From assembly GCA_964437185.1 (NCBI GenBank), contig CAYTFU010000005.1, forward strand, positions 2,528 to 66,527: a stretch of 64,000 bases of DNA. Reading direction: 5' to 3'. Positions 9,850 to 19,568 of the stretch are shown in pieces. The DNA is from an uncultured Candidatus Saccharibacteria bacterium. GTDB lineage: Bacteria; Patescibacteriota; Minisyncoccia; Phycocordibacterales; UBA2100. Position numbers and translations under genes: made by a program. The notes beneath the pieces are model-generated. The model saw only the letters and a program-made list of their open reading frames with translations, made no database searches and was not told the DNA's origin. How positions within the stretch are numbered: the stretch's first letter is position 1; each line of letters opens with the position of its first letter.

Positions 9850-11046
9850 TCACCCTGCCGGCTTCGCCACGCGAAGGCGGAGGTCGGAAAGCGCGTTCAT
9901 GTACGCGATGTACGCATCGTAGGGCGATTCATACGGAGAAAAATACGCATGCACGTCGCCATCGGCAAACCACTTCGTACACATGTAGTAGAAGTGATCG
10001 GAGGTCTGAAGCTTGCGCCAGTCATCGAGCAATTTGTGATCGTTGGCGCGCAAAACGTCGTTTTCGAGCGCGTACACATTTTCGATTGCCGCGCGCTGCA
10101 TCGGATTGCCTACCCACGCCGTCAAATCGCGATCGGTGTCTGCCCACGTAAGAATGTGCGGCACATCCACCTCATCGCGCGGATCGTACGAAGCGATGAC
10201 CTCTGATGGGGTTTTGAAATCGATGCCAGGATTATACGAAAGTTGTCGAGGCAGATTTTCAAGAAAGTGAAAAATCCCCGTGTCTTCCCACTGATGCTCG
10301 CCAAACGTTTCGTAATCCATGAAGAGGTTGACCGTATCGCCATCGGCCTCACCCAGCCACGCACCAAACTTTTCGGTCGTAAGCGGCCACTCGGCCCAAT
10401 CGCGCGAAGAAAAACGGAACGCGACGTCGTCGGACAACCTATAATTTTTGAGGAGGAGCCGCGTGTTCTCTGCACCACTCGGCTTGTATACATAATTCGG
10501 ACTTCTCCACCCAAGTACCGGATCCCATCCCTCCGCGATGACACCCGCGTATCCGCTGCGATCCGCCCACTGCCCCAAATCATTTCTGTATGAGAGCTCG
10601 GTGTTGCGAAACACGCGCGGGCGAACACCGAAAAGTCGGCGGATAATATCACGGTGCTTGGTGACCTGCTGTTCAAACTCAAGAGGAGAGTAAAAAAACG
10701 CGAGACTGTGGTAATAGGTCTCGCCCAACACCTCCGCCCTCCCGGTGTCTACCACTTTTTTGAATAGCTCGATAACCTCGGGAGTGTGACGCTCCATCTG
10801 TTCAAGCGCGATACCCGAAAAGGAGAAACTCACCTTAAACTCCGGATGGCGATTCAATAGATCGAGTATGAGCCGTGTCGCCGGAATGTACGATTTTCGG
10901 GCAACCTTTTCCAAAACCTTCCGATTATTGAGATCGCTTTCGCCGCGATCATTGAAATACTCGGCATCGTTGCCGACGTCAAAAATGCGGTACCGCTTTA
11001 CGCGATACGGTTGGTGCACTTGAAAATAAAAACAAACTGACTTCAT
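9850..11046 (-). CDS. glycoside hydrolase family 57 (alpha-amylase / 4-alpha-glucanotransferase-like)
   Basis: FYFQVHQPYR GH57 N-terminal signature, 398 aa. Confidence 0.85.
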   Translation of the reverse strand: MKSVCFYFQVHQPYRVKRYRIFDVGNDAEYFNDRGESDLNNRKVLEKVARKSYIPATRLILDLLNRHPEFKVSFSFSGIALEQMERHTPEVIELFKKVVDTGRAEVLGETYYHSLAFFYSPLEFEQQVTKHRDIIRRLFGVRPRVFRNTELSYRNDLGQWADRSGYAGVIAEGWDPVLGWRSPNYVYKPSGAENTRLLLKNYRLSDDVAFRFSSRDWAEWPLTTEKFGAWLGEADGDTVNLFMDYETFGEHQWEDTGIFHFLENLPRQLSYNPGIDFKTPSEVIASYDPRDEVDVPHILTWADTDRDLTAWVGNPMQRAAIENVYALENDVLRANDHKLLDDWRKLQTSDHFYYMCTKWFADGDVHAYFSPYESPYDAYIAYMNALSDLRLRVAKPAG

Positions 11047-11112
11047 GATTTTTCAGTTTTTGACTCCGCCCAATGTTGTGCGAACATAGACATTCTACCA
11101 CCTCCAATCATC

Positions 11113-12333
11113 TCATTGGGTGAGGTCTTGCACAATGGTGTTGACTTTGAGAGCCGCGTCGGTCCAGGTGAGCCGATCTGCCTCGCGCGATGCGTTTTCG
11201 GAGAGCGTTTGGCGCAACCCAGGGTGGCCGACAACCGAAAGGATTTGATTTGCCATTTCTTCGACATCCCAGAAATCGACTTTAAGCGCGTGCTTTACGA
11301 CTTCAGAAACTCCAGACTGCTTCGACATCAACACTGGCGTGCCGAGCTTCATGGCTTCCAGCGCCGTGAGACCAAAGGGCTCCGATACCGAAGGCATCAC
11401 GAAAAGATCCGCGACAGAATATACTTCGTGCCTCTCCTCGCCTTCAAGAAAACCGGTAAAAAAGACCTGCCCTGCAATGCCGAGCTCTGCCGCAAGGTTC
11501 ATCATTTGATTTTCCATATCTCCCGAACCGGAAAGAATGAACAGCACCTTGGGGTCGTGTTCGGCCACACGCTTGGCGACTCGCAAGAAATAATCCGGCC
11601 CTTTCTGCAGCGTCACACGGCCGATGAAAAGCACCATTTTGTACCCGCGCGCTTTGAGCGCCCGCAAGCGCGGCAGCGCGCCACTTCCTTTTGCGGGGGT
11701 GGTGGATTCATCGATTCCGTTGTAAATGACGCGCACTTTTTCTTCCGGTATGCCGTACTCGCGCACAATAATTCCTTTCGTTAATTCTGATACAGCAATC
11801 ACGCGATCTGCATACTCCATTCCTTCCTTTTCGATTCGGTAGACGTCGGGATTTACGCCCGCAGAGCCTCCGCATCTGTCAAACTCGGTTGCGTGCACAT
11901 GCACGATGAGTGGCTTGCCGGAAACGCGCTTGGCCTCCATTCCAGCTCCAAAAGATAGCCAGTCGTGCGCGTGGATCACATCAAACTGCTCACGCCGCGC
12001 GATCCCCGCACCAAGGCTCGCGTACCGCAGCACCTCGCTCATCAAATCCTGGCCGTAAATTGAAATTACCGATCGATCACCTCGTACCACATAGCTCTTA
12101 GAGGTCACGTAGGGCCGCAAAATGGAGTTTATCGCCACCGATTCGACGCCCTCGATATCGGCAAAAATCATCCGCGCCCACTGGGTCTGGATATCGAGCT
12201 TCTTTGGCATGACGAAAAGCACATCGAGTCCGATGTTCGAGAGTGCGCGCGTGAGACCGAGGCATGCGACACCGAGCCCACCGCTATGGTAGGGCGGAAA
12301 CTCCCATCCGAACATGAGGACACGCTTTTTCAT
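11113..12333 (-). CDS. GT4-family glycosyltransferase (alpha-glucan / glycogen-synthase-like)
   Basis: 406 aa, GT-B fold blocks, C-terminal E-x7-E-like GT4 region (FVMPSVSEPFGLTALEAM). Confidence 0.75.
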   Translation of the reverse strand: MKKRVLMFGWEFPPYHSGGLGVACLGLTRALSNIGLDVLFVMPKKLDIQTQWARMIFADIEGVESVAINSILRPYVTSKSYVVRGDRSVISIYGQDLMSEVLRYASLGAGIARREQFDVIHAHDWLSFGAGMEAKRVSGKPLIVHVHATEFDRCGGSAGVNPDVYRIEKEGMEYADRVIAVSELTKGIIVREYGIPEEKVRVIYNGIDESTTPAKGSGALPRLRALKARGYKMVLFIGRVTLQKGPDYFLRVAKRVAEHDPKVLFILSGSGDMENQMMNLAAELGIAGQVFFTGFLEGEERHEVYSVADLFVMPSVSEPFGLTALEAMKLGTPVLMSKQSGVSEVVKHALKVDFWDVEEMANQILSVVGHPGLRQTLSENASREADRLTWTDAALKVNTIVQDLTQ

Positions 12334-12390
12334 TGTTAAAAATTGTTGATGACTGTAGAGATTTTACCATGCGCATGCTACGCTCCACAC

Positions 12391-13152
12391 ATGATTTGTC
12401 CTCGTGTGGTGATATTCGATCTCGACGACACACTCGCAGAGAGTTTTCAGCCGCCGACCGCGCAGATGGTAGAGAAATTGCATGCATTACTCGATCGAGT
12501 GCCCATCGGACTCATGACGGCGGCCGGCCTGCCCCGCATTCGCGAGCAATTTATCGATCATTTGAAAGATTCCGAGCACATATCGCGCTTCTACATTTTC
12601 CCCAATAGCACTGCAGAATGTTATGTATTCAAGGACGGCGAGTGGGGTGTCGCCTACAGCCTCGGCCTTACGCAAGAGGACCGCGAATTGATCAAAAGAG
12701 CCATTACCGATGCCCTCGCTGAGACGGGCATTCTGGGTGAGAGCCCGAAACATGAGCCGCTCATCATCGATCGCGATGCGCAAATCGCTTTTGCCGCCCT
12801 TGGACTTGGCGCTTCCTACGAAGATAAAGCATCCTGGGATCCCGATAGAAAGAAGCGGCTGGCGCTTATTGATGTGCTTCTCAAGAAGATTCCGCAATTT
12901 GAAATTTTGATGGGCGGCATGACGACTATCGACATCACACACAAAGGGATCAACAAAGCATACGGCGTGAAGTGGCTTTCGGAAAATCTCGGCATCCCCA
13001 CGGGCGAAATGATCTTCGTCGGCGACGCACTCTACCCGGGCGGCAACGACAACGTCGTGATCCCGACCGGAATCCAAACCCGCGCCGTCACCAACCCGAG
13101 CGAAACTCTCCTCGTCATCGACGAACTCCTCACCATCTGCCCGAGCACCTAG
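12391..13152 (+). CDS. HAD-IIB family sugar-phosphate phosphatase
   Basis: VVIFDLDDTL motif I, later GGMTTIDITHKGINKA and FVGDALYPGGNDN motifs; start placed at MICPRV. Confidence 0.65.
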   Translation: MICPRVVIFDLDDTLAESFQPPTAQMVEKLHALLDRVPIGLMTAAGLPRIREQFIDHLKDSEHISRFYIFPNSTAECYVFKDGEWGVAYSLGLTQEDRELIKRAITDALAETGILGESPKHEPLIIDRDAQIAFAALGLGASYEDKASWDPDRKKRLALIDVLLKKIPQFEILMGGMTTIDITHKGINKAYGVKWLSENLGIPTGEMIFVGDALYPGGNDNVVIPTGIQTRAVTNPSETLLVIDELLTICPST

Positions 13153-13180
13153 CCAACGGTCGCAGCTATCGCTGCGCTCG

Positions 13181-13201
13181 GTATGTGCCGGAGGAGAGAC
13201 T
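13181..13201. repeat. 21-bp direct duplicate of the 3' end of tRNA-Leu(CAA)
   Basis: atgtgccggaggagagactcg also at 13225..13245 (tRNA 3' acceptor/T-arm), copies 44 bp apart. Confidence 0.6.
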
Positions 13202-13227
13202 CGGTCACGAATCCTGTATTTGTTGTG

Positions 13228-13308
13228 TGCCGGAGGAGAGACTCGAACTCTCATGGGTTGCCCCACACGATTTTGAGTCGTGCGCGTATACCATTTCGCC
13301 ACTCCGGC
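13228..13308 (-). tRNA. tRNA-Leu(CAA)
   Basis: manual cloverleaf: acceptor GCCGGAG/CTCCGGC, anticodon loop CTCAAAA, long variable arm, T-loop TTCGAGT; 81 nt, CCA not encoded. Confidence 0.85.
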
Positions 13309-13430
13309 ATAGAGTCCGTTCGCAAATAACCGAAGAGTTATTTGTGATTACGGAATCTTGTGCCGTATCCACTAAGAGCCCGTGGATACGGTACTCGCCC
13401 TACGCTTCTTAAGCAGAGGACTGCGAGAAA

Positions 13431-13790
13431 TCATACGCGTTTTCTGCCGAATATCCAATATCGTGTTTTCTCCACAATCCGATACACGATTCCTGCCAGC
13501 TGACGAAACCCGGGCAAGCGCCCGAGCCGCGCGACCACGCGCCACTGAGGGTACTGTTCAAGAATTTTGAGAACCCCATCGGCGCCCTTGTACATCTCGC
13601 CATGTTCGTCCACCACATGAACATCACACATGGCTTCCTCCTCAGACACTCCCTCCGGCAAAACCCCCTTAGAAATATCCGCGTGGGCAAAGGAACGACC
13701 GCGCGAAGATTTTTCTACCGAATCCATGAGACCCGAACACAAATTGCACACCCCGTCGTAGTACACCGTGATTTTCGACTGACTCTCCAT
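13431..13790 (-). CDS. thiol-disulfide oxidoreductase DCC family (DUF393)
   Basis: VYYDGVCNLCS motif near N-terminus; start placed at MESQSK. Confidence 0.7.
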   Translation of the reverse strand: MESQSKITVYYDGVCNLCSGLMDSVEKSSRGRSFAHADISKGVLPEGVSEEEAMCDVHVVDEHGEMYKGADGVLKILEQYPQWRVVARLGRLPGFRQLAGIVYRIVEKTRYWIFGRKRV

Positions 13791-13875
13791 GGTGGATATT
13801 GTACCCCGTGAGATATTCACCGTGAACATCCGCACTCTGTGAGAAATATCTAACGGGGTGTACTATTGCGTCGCC

Positions 13876-14793
13876 ATGAGCGCAAAAACGAAAGTCTTGA
13901 TTGTCGTCGGCCCTACTTCCTCTGGAAAGAGCGCGCTCGCCGCGGAGCTCGCGCGCCGATTTCACGGAGAGATTATCTCTGCAGACTCACGACAGGTGTA
14001 TCGCGGGCTCGACATCGGCACCGGCAAAGTCACCAAGCGCGAGATGCGCGGCGTTCGGCATCACTTGCTCGATGTGGCATCGCCGCGCACGGTGTTTACC
14101 GCAAATGACTTCGTGGAGCGTGCGCGCCGAGCAATAGAAGATATCGCCGCCCGAGGAAAGTTGCCCATAGTCTCGGGCGGCACGGGATTCTATATCGACT
14201 CGCTTCTCGGCCGCGTCATACTGCCTGCCGTGCCTCCCAATTTGAAGCTGAGAGCGCGGCTGCATACCAAATCCGCAGCCAAGCTTTACCGTATGCTTGA
14301 ACAGCGCGACTCTGCCCGAGCACTAAGCATGGACACGCCGAGCGAGCGCAACAACAAAGTCCGCCTCATTCGTGCACTTGAAATCGCGGAGAGTCGCGAG
14401 AGCGCAAAACATATCGATTTACGAAATTGTTATGAATCGCTGTGGATTGGTATTGCGCCGCCGCTTCAATTGCTCGAGAAAAAGATCGCCGCTCGACTAG
14501 CGGCGCGCATGAAAAAAGGCATGGTCGCCGAAGCGAAGCGCCTGCACTTAGCGGGTCTTTCGTACAAGCGAATGCATACGCTTGGCCTTGAGTACCGCGC
14601 GCTCGCTTCCCTATTACAAGGTCGCATTTCGCGCGCAGAAATGGCAACACAACTGCAATCCGCGATCAGAAAATACGCCAAACGACAAATTGCCTATTGG
14701 AAACGCAACAAAGAAATCGCATGGTTCGAAGCTCCTAATGCACCGCGCATCTGGAAAATGGTTGCGAAGTGGGATGCAAGGCGGGCGATGTAG
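13876..14793 (+). CDS. miaA: tRNA dimethylallyltransferase
   Basis: VGPTSSGKS P-loop, MiaA blocks; 3' end overlaps tRNA-Trp by about 12 nt. Confidence 0.9.
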   Translation: MSAKTKVLIVVGPTSSGKSALAAELARRFHGEIISADSRQVYRGLDIGTGKVTKREMRGVRHHLLDVASPRTVFTANDFVERARRAIEDIAARGKLPIVSGGTGFYIDSLLGRVILPAVPPNLKLRARLHTKSAAKLYRMLEQRDSARALSMDTPSERNNKVRLIRALEIAESRESAKHIDLRNCYESLWIGIAPPLQLLEKKIAARLAARMKKGMVAEAKRLHLAGLSYKRMHTLGLEYRALASLLQGRISRAEMATQLQSAIRKYAKRQIAYWKRNKEIAWFEAPNAPRIWKMVAKWDARRAM

Positions 14794-14852
14794 GAATCGA
14801 ACCTACGACGTCGGTTTTGGAGACCGAAGTTATACCATTTAACTAATCGCCC
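14782..14852 (-). tRNA. tRNA-Trp(CCA)
   Basis: manual cloverleaf: acceptor GGGCGAT/ATCGCCC, D-stem GTTA/TAAC, anticodon stem TCGGT/ACCGA, loop CTCCAAA, T-loop TTCGATT; 71 nt. Confidence 0.85.
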
Positions 14853-14915
14853 AATTTTGGCTTGCGTAAGGTCTGCAGCCGTTGAGAGAGTATAACGCAC
14901 CTCACTTCAGCCGAC

Positions 14916-14964
14916 TACTTCTTAGACTCCTTGTGCTTCGTGTGCGCTTTGCACCACTAGCAGT
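14916..14964. repeat. 49-bp direct duplicate of the 3' end of rpmG (degenerate, in-frame TAG)
   Basis: near-identical to 15083..15131 (last codons plus stop of rpmG); 3 mismatches. Confidence 0.7.
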
Positions 14965-15081
14965 TCTGGGAAACCCACTCCGCTTGCTGACGGATTCCCA
15001 TACCTTCCTCCACGGGGAACCGGCAGGTTCCCCGACCCCCTCCTTCTGCAAGTGGCTCGCAAAAGGCATTCGTAAACTCTC

Positions 15082-15240
15082 TTACTTCTTAGATTCCTTG
15101 TGCTTCGTGTGCGCTTTGCACCACTTGCAGTACTTTTTTAGTTCCACCTTGCGGGTTACGAGTTTGCGGTTTTTGCGTGACCAGTAGTTGATGCGGGCGC
15201 ACTTGCCACACGCCAATTTGAATAGTTGATCCTGAGACAT
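15082..15240 (-). CDS. rpmG: 50S ribosomal protein L33
   Basis: MSQDQLFKLACGKCARINYWSRKNRK...LKKYCKWCKAHTKHKESKK, zinc-ribbon L33 pattern; start placed inside the 15082..15354 ORF. Confidence 0.8.
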   Translation of the reverse strand: MSQDQLFKLACGKCARINYWSRKNRKLVTRKVELKKYCKWCKAHTKHKESKK

Positions 15241-15280
15241 GCGCGGCACTATACGGTAATTAGCCCCATTTTGCAAATTT

Positions 15281-16213
15281 TTAACTGCCTTCACCCGCCG
15301 GATGCTCCCTTTCATACTCCTCGACCATCCTGAAGAATGCTGACGTAGGCCCACGGGGCATAAGCACCTTTGCTGGGAACGCCTCAGTCAAGTCCTCCTC
15401 TGTTTTCGCCCTCGCAACCCGCTCTGAAAATACTTTCCACATTTCCTGGTTCACTGAGCCGTCGGCTTTCACAAACTGCATCCAGAGCGCAGGCGCGGCT
15501 AAAAATTTTTTGGTGTCACCAATCGCCTCGACGGCCTCTAAGGACTCTTGATACTCGATGGGAAACAATTCGCGGTAACGGGGCAAATTATATAGCCAGG
15601 ATTGTCCGTTCACCATCTTGTTTTCGTCTGGATATAACGTGCGAATTTCTTTAAACATCTCGTACAATTCGCGCTTTCTTCTTTCCAGTTTGTCGAGTGA
15701 CAAGGGACCTCCTCCGACATTATCTCGATTGTCAAAGTGTACGTTGATTTCTCCGGGGCGAGAACTATCCATCGGTTGAACATCGTAATGAAAACAACCG
15801 AATCGGTGCTCGGTTCGCATATTACGCCCTTCCTTCAAGCTGTTATATTTTTCGTACGCAATTTGGGCCACGTCCTGAAGTTTATTAGCAGAGACAAGGG
15901 GTGTCGCTTGCTCTATAAAATCTTCCCAAATTTTCCAGAGCGCATCGTATGTAGCCTTATCTCGACCGGGCAACTCATGCCCAAGCACATTAAAAAACGG
16001 CGTGTGAGACGACAAAGCTTCTCTAAACGGTATTTCCTTCAATCTTGAAGCTGCGTCGGCGTACTCCACCATTACCTGAAAAACTTCCCTACTGTATCGA
16101 ACTTCCTCGTTAAGATCATCAGAAAGCTGAGACGGTGCTTGGGGTCCCTCAAGCGAACCATTCTTACGATCGCCCGCCGTTTTCCCCACTGCTCTTATGG
16201 GCGTCTCGCGCAT
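15281..16213 (-). CDS. hypothetical protein
   Basis: long ORF 15281..16300 trimmed to avoid overlap with 16248..16670; no recognised motif. Confidence 0.4.
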   Translation of the reverse strand: MRETPIRAVGKTAGDRKNGSLEGPQAPSQLSDDLNEEVRYSREVFQVMVEYADAASRLKEIPFREALSSHTPFFNVLGHELPGRDKATYDALWKIWEDFIEQATPLVSANKLQDVAQIAYEKYNSLKEGRNMRTEHRFGCFHYDVQPMDSSRPGEINVHFDNRDNVGGGPLSLDKLERRKRELYEMFKEIRTLYPDENKMVNGQSWLYNLPRYRELFPIEYQESLEAVEAIGDTKKFLAAPALWMQFVKADGSVNQEMWKVFSERVARAKTEEDLTEAFPAKVLMPRGPTSAFFRMVEEYEREHPAGEGS

Positions 16214-16247
16214 ATCAATAGAAACGATTTCTATCCTACGTAGCGAC

Positions 16248-16670
16248 CTAGGCCCGAGGACAGATGCTGTTCCACGGTCCAAATTCGGTATTTCCCCCAA
16301 CGAGCGTCCGCATGATTGTGTCCACCACTAGCCAACCCATGAGGATAATGACAAGACCAATCGCAACATTGGTAAAGACCTTTTTTGCCTTTGTCGTCTT
16401 ATTCATATTGCCCATAGCGGTCATGTAGACCCAGCCCGCCCAGGCGAACAGAATGGCCGAGAGAAATACCGCAATATAGATAGCTGTGTTGAGAATGTTT
16501 TGCGCAAGCGTCGCAAGATGACACACAGTACACTCCGTGCCACTGAGAGAAGTACCGTCGCAGGGCACCACCTTGTTCAAGACGTTCTGCTGCGCCGTGG
16601 CGAGAGATGGAAGTGCAGTAGAAATGAGGAGCATCAACAGCAGGATCGTCGCTGCTCTCGTCCGAATCAT
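16248..16670 (-). CDS. VirB2/TrbC-like pilin-type small membrane protein
   Basis: signal peptide (ALPSLATAQQ), Cys-containing hydrophilic segment, two hydrophobic helices; same architecture as the 24862..26810 array. Confidence 0.55.
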   Translation of the reverse strand: MIRTRAATILLLMLLISTALPSLATAQQNVLNKVVPCDGTSLSGTECTVCHLATLAQNILNTAIYIAVFLSAILFAWAGWVYMTAMGNMNKTTKAKKVFTNVAIGLVIILMGWLVVDTIMRTLVGGNTEFGPWNSICPRA

Positions 16671-16700
16671 CGCACCATTGTAGCACGGGTATGTGTTTTG

Positions 16701-16783
16701 TGCGCCGGGCAGGATTCGAACCTGCGGAGACCGAAGTCGCGTGGTTTACAGCCACGTGCATTTGACCACTCTGCCACCGACGC
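16701..16783 (-). tRNA. tRNA-Tyr(GTA)
   Basis: manual cloverleaf: acceptor GCGTCGG/CCGGCGC (one GU), anticodon stem CGTGG/CCACG, loop CTGTAAA, long variable arm CGACTTCGG, T-loop TTCGAAT; 83 nt. Confidence 0.85.
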
Positions 16784-16793
16784 AGTGCGGATA

Positions 16794-19505
16794 TTATGCA
16801 CCAACAGAGCTCTTTGCGCGAGCGCGAGCGCCACGCTGGCGCTCGGGGCCTTTGCGAATGTCGAAGGTGAAATCACCCTTGCCGTCCACCCCGCCGTCCG
16901 CGTTGTAGTCCACCGTCACGGATCCGCCCTCAAGAATGCCGCGCGCGACCATCAGATTCGCGACAGTCGTGAGAATTTTGGTCTGAATGAGCCGCTTGAG
17001 CGGGCGGGCGCCGTACTGCGGGTTGTAGCCTTCTTTTGCGAGGTGAGAGAGCGCCGCATCGGTAAGCGAAAGCGCGATTTGCTTTTCTTCCAAACGCTTC
17101 GCCACAAGCTCGATCTGCATTTTCACTATTTCGGAAATCGAAGCGTTCGAGAGAATGTTGAACAGCACGATCTCGTCGAGGCGGTTCAAAAACTCTGGTC
17201 GAAAGAAATCTTTGAGCGATCCCATCACCTTGTCTTTCACTTGTTCATACCGCTGATCCTCGGTTCGCGAAAGACCGCTTCCAAATCCGAGGCCCGACAT
17301 TTTGTCGATGTGCTCGGATCCGATATTGGAGGTCATGATGATGACGCAATTTTTGAAGTTGACGGTGCGACCCTTGGCATCAGTGAGTCTGCCGTCGTCC
17401 AAGACTTGGAGCAGCACGTTGAATACCTCGGGATGCGCCTTTTCGATTTCGTCGAACAGAATGACAGAGTATGGGCGATGGCGGACAAGCTCGGTAAGTC
17501 CCCCTCCCTCGTCGTGGCCGATGTAGCCTGGGGGCGAGCCGATCATCTTCGACACGGAGTGCTTCTCCATGTATTCAGACATATCGACACGAATGAGCGA
17601 CTTATCACTATTGAAGAGAAACTCGGCGAGCGCGCGCGTGAGCTCGGTCTTTCCGACGCCTGTGGGACCAAGAAAGAGAAACGACCCTACAGGCCGATTT
17701 GGATCGGCAATCCCCGCGCGCGAGCGCTTGATCGCATCTGCGACTTTTTGCACCGCCTCATCCTGCCCCACGATGCGCTTCTTGAGCTCGGTCTCCATGC
17801 GCGAGAGCTTCTCCGCCTCCTCCTCAAGCATGCGGAACACGGGGACTCCCGTCCATCGTGAGACGACAGCAGCGATGTCTTCTTCGGTCACCTCCTCTTT
17901 GAGTACGCGGCGAGTCTGTTGCAATTTTTTCAAACGCTTTTGAGCGACGTCAATTTCTCGTTCAAGCATCGGGATTTTGCCGTACCGAAGCTCGGCGGTC
18001 TTCGTAAAGTCTGCAGAGTTCTCTGCGGAATCTGCTTCGAGACGATACTTTTCAAGCTCGCCCTTCGCGCGCTTAATCTCCGTGAGCGTCTCTTTTTCAT
18101 TTTTCCATTTCATCTCGAGCTCGCGAGTAGAATCTCGAAGATCTGCGATTTCCTTCTCAATTGACTTCACTCTCGTGCGAGCCTTTCCTTCGGAGGCTTC
18201 GGCCTCCTTCTTCAGAGCTTCGCGCTCAATTTCAAGCCGAGCGACTTTGCGGTGCGCGTCTTCGAGCACGGGAGGTTTATTTTCGAGTGAGATGCGGAGT
18301 GCGGAGGATGCCTCGTCGATGAGGTCAATCGCCTTATCGGGGAGAAATCGCTCCGTAATATAGCGAGACGAAAGCTGCACCGCAGCGACCATTGCCGTGT
18401 CAGTGATGTGAACGCCGTGGTAGAGCTCGTAGCGCTCCTTTAGGCCGCGCAAAATCGCGATCGCATCTTCGACTGACGGCTCATTCACATATACCGGCTG
18501 AAAGCGGCGAGTGAGCGCGGCATCGTGCTCAATGTGCTTTTGGTATTCCTTGAGAGTCGTGGCTCCCACAACGCGGATCTCCCCGCGCGCGAGTGCGGGC
18601 TTCAACATATTTGATGCGTCCATTGAACCTTCAGCGGCGCCGGCGCCAACGAGCGTGTGAATCTCGTCGATGAAAAGAATGATCTTGCCCTCCGAGCGCT
18701 CCACCTCTTTCATGACCGACTTCAGACGCTCTTCAAATTCTCCGCGGTATTTGGTGCCCGCGATGAGGAGTCCGAGGTCGAGCTGGATCAGCTCCTTGTC
18801 GCGGAGCGATTCCGGCACGTCTCCGCTCGCCATACGCTGCGCGAGGCCCTCGGCGACCGCCGTCTTCCCCACGCCCGCCTCTCCAATGAGGACGGGATTG
18901 TTTTTTGTCCGACGAGAAAGGATTTGAATCACACGCGTAATTTCGGTATCGCGACCGATAACAGGGTCGAGCTTGTTTTCGCGCGCGCGGTCGGTCAGTG
19001 ATCGGGCGAAGCGCGTGAGCGCGCGCGATTTGGTCGTCGTCTCACTCTCTCGAATCTTGCCCTCTTTAATATCAGTAAGGACACGTGCGAGCGCCGCGCG
19101 ATCAATTTTAAATCGCGAGAAAACCTCCGCAGCAGGCCCCGGGTGCTCTGCAATACCGAGGAGCAAATGCTCTGGCGAGACGAATTGATCGTTGAACGAC
19201 GCAGCGATGCGCGGCGCAGCTTCAAACACGCGGACGAGCTCGGGGGTCAGGTACAGTTGAAATGATGGCGAAACAGCAGTGTTACCTCCTCCGCCCTCGA
19301 TCATCTCCAAGATAGAGTCGCTGAGGTGCGTGATATCCACTTCGATCTGTTCAAGCATGGGAAGCACCATCGTCTCCTCTTGCATGAGGAGCGCCGCAAA
19401 GAGGTGAAGCGTCGAGACTTGATTGTGTCCGCGCTCTACCGCGAGCTGATGCGAGCGATGTATCGCTTCCTTCGCCTTTGTCGTGTAGTTGTTGAATGGA
19501 GCCAT
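16794..19505 (-). CDS. clpB: ATP-dependent chaperone ClpB
   Basis: 903 aa, two AAA+ modules (GEAGVGKTA; GPTGVGKTE), middle coiled-coil, Clp N domain. Confidence 0.95.
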   Translation of the reverse strand: MAPFNNYTTKAKEAIHRSHQLAVERGHNQVSTLHLFAALLMQEETMVLPMLEQIEVDITHLSDSILEMIEGGGGNTAVSPSFQLYLTPELVRVFEAAPRIAASFNDQFVSPEHLLLGIAEHPGPAAEVFSRFKIDRAALARVLTDIKEGKIRESETTTKSRALTRFARSLTDRARENKLDPVIGRDTEITRVIQILSRRTKNNPVLIGEAGVGKTAVAEGLAQRMASGDVPESLRDKELIQLDLGLLIAGTKYRGEFEERLKSVMKEVERSEGKIILFIDEIHTLVGAGAAEGSMDASNMLKPALARGEIRVVGATTLKEYQKHIEHDAALTRRFQPVYVNEPSVEDAIAILRGLKERYELYHGVHITDTAMVAAVQLSSRYITERFLPDKAIDLIDEASSALRISLENKPPVLEDAHRKVARLEIEREALKKEAEASEGKARTRVKSIEKEIADLRDSTRELEMKWKNEKETLTEIKRAKGELEKYRLEADSAENSADFTKTAELRYGKIPMLEREIDVAQKRLKKLQQTRRVLKEEVTEEDIAAVVSRWTGVPVFRMLEEEAEKLSRMETELKKRIVGQDEAVQKVADAIKRSRAGIADPNRPVGSFLFLGPTGVGKTELTRALAEFLFNSDKSLIRVDMSEYMEKHSVSKMIGSPPGYIGHDEGGGLTELVRHRPYSVILFDEIEKAHPEVFNVLLQVLDDGRLTDAKGRTVNFKNCVIIMTSNIGSEHIDKMSGLGFGSGLSRTEDQRYEQVKDKVMGSLKDFFRPEFLNRLDEIVLFNILSNASISEIVKMQIELVAKRLEEKQIALSLTDAALSHLAKEGYNPQYGARPLKRLIQTKILTTVANLMVARGILEGGSVTVDYNADGGVDGKGDFTFDIRKGPERQRGARARAKSSVGA

Positions 19506-19568
19506 AATGTATATATGAAATACTAAATGTATTATACTATATTTGCCAAAAAAGGCCAGCCCCGACTC

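Noticed and set aside
16500-17861. 453-aa plus-strand ORF and many 60-130 aa ORFs inside clpB, gyrA, GH15 and other long genes
   Set aside because: They lie antisense to strongly supported long genes with clear family signatures. They are compositional artefacts.
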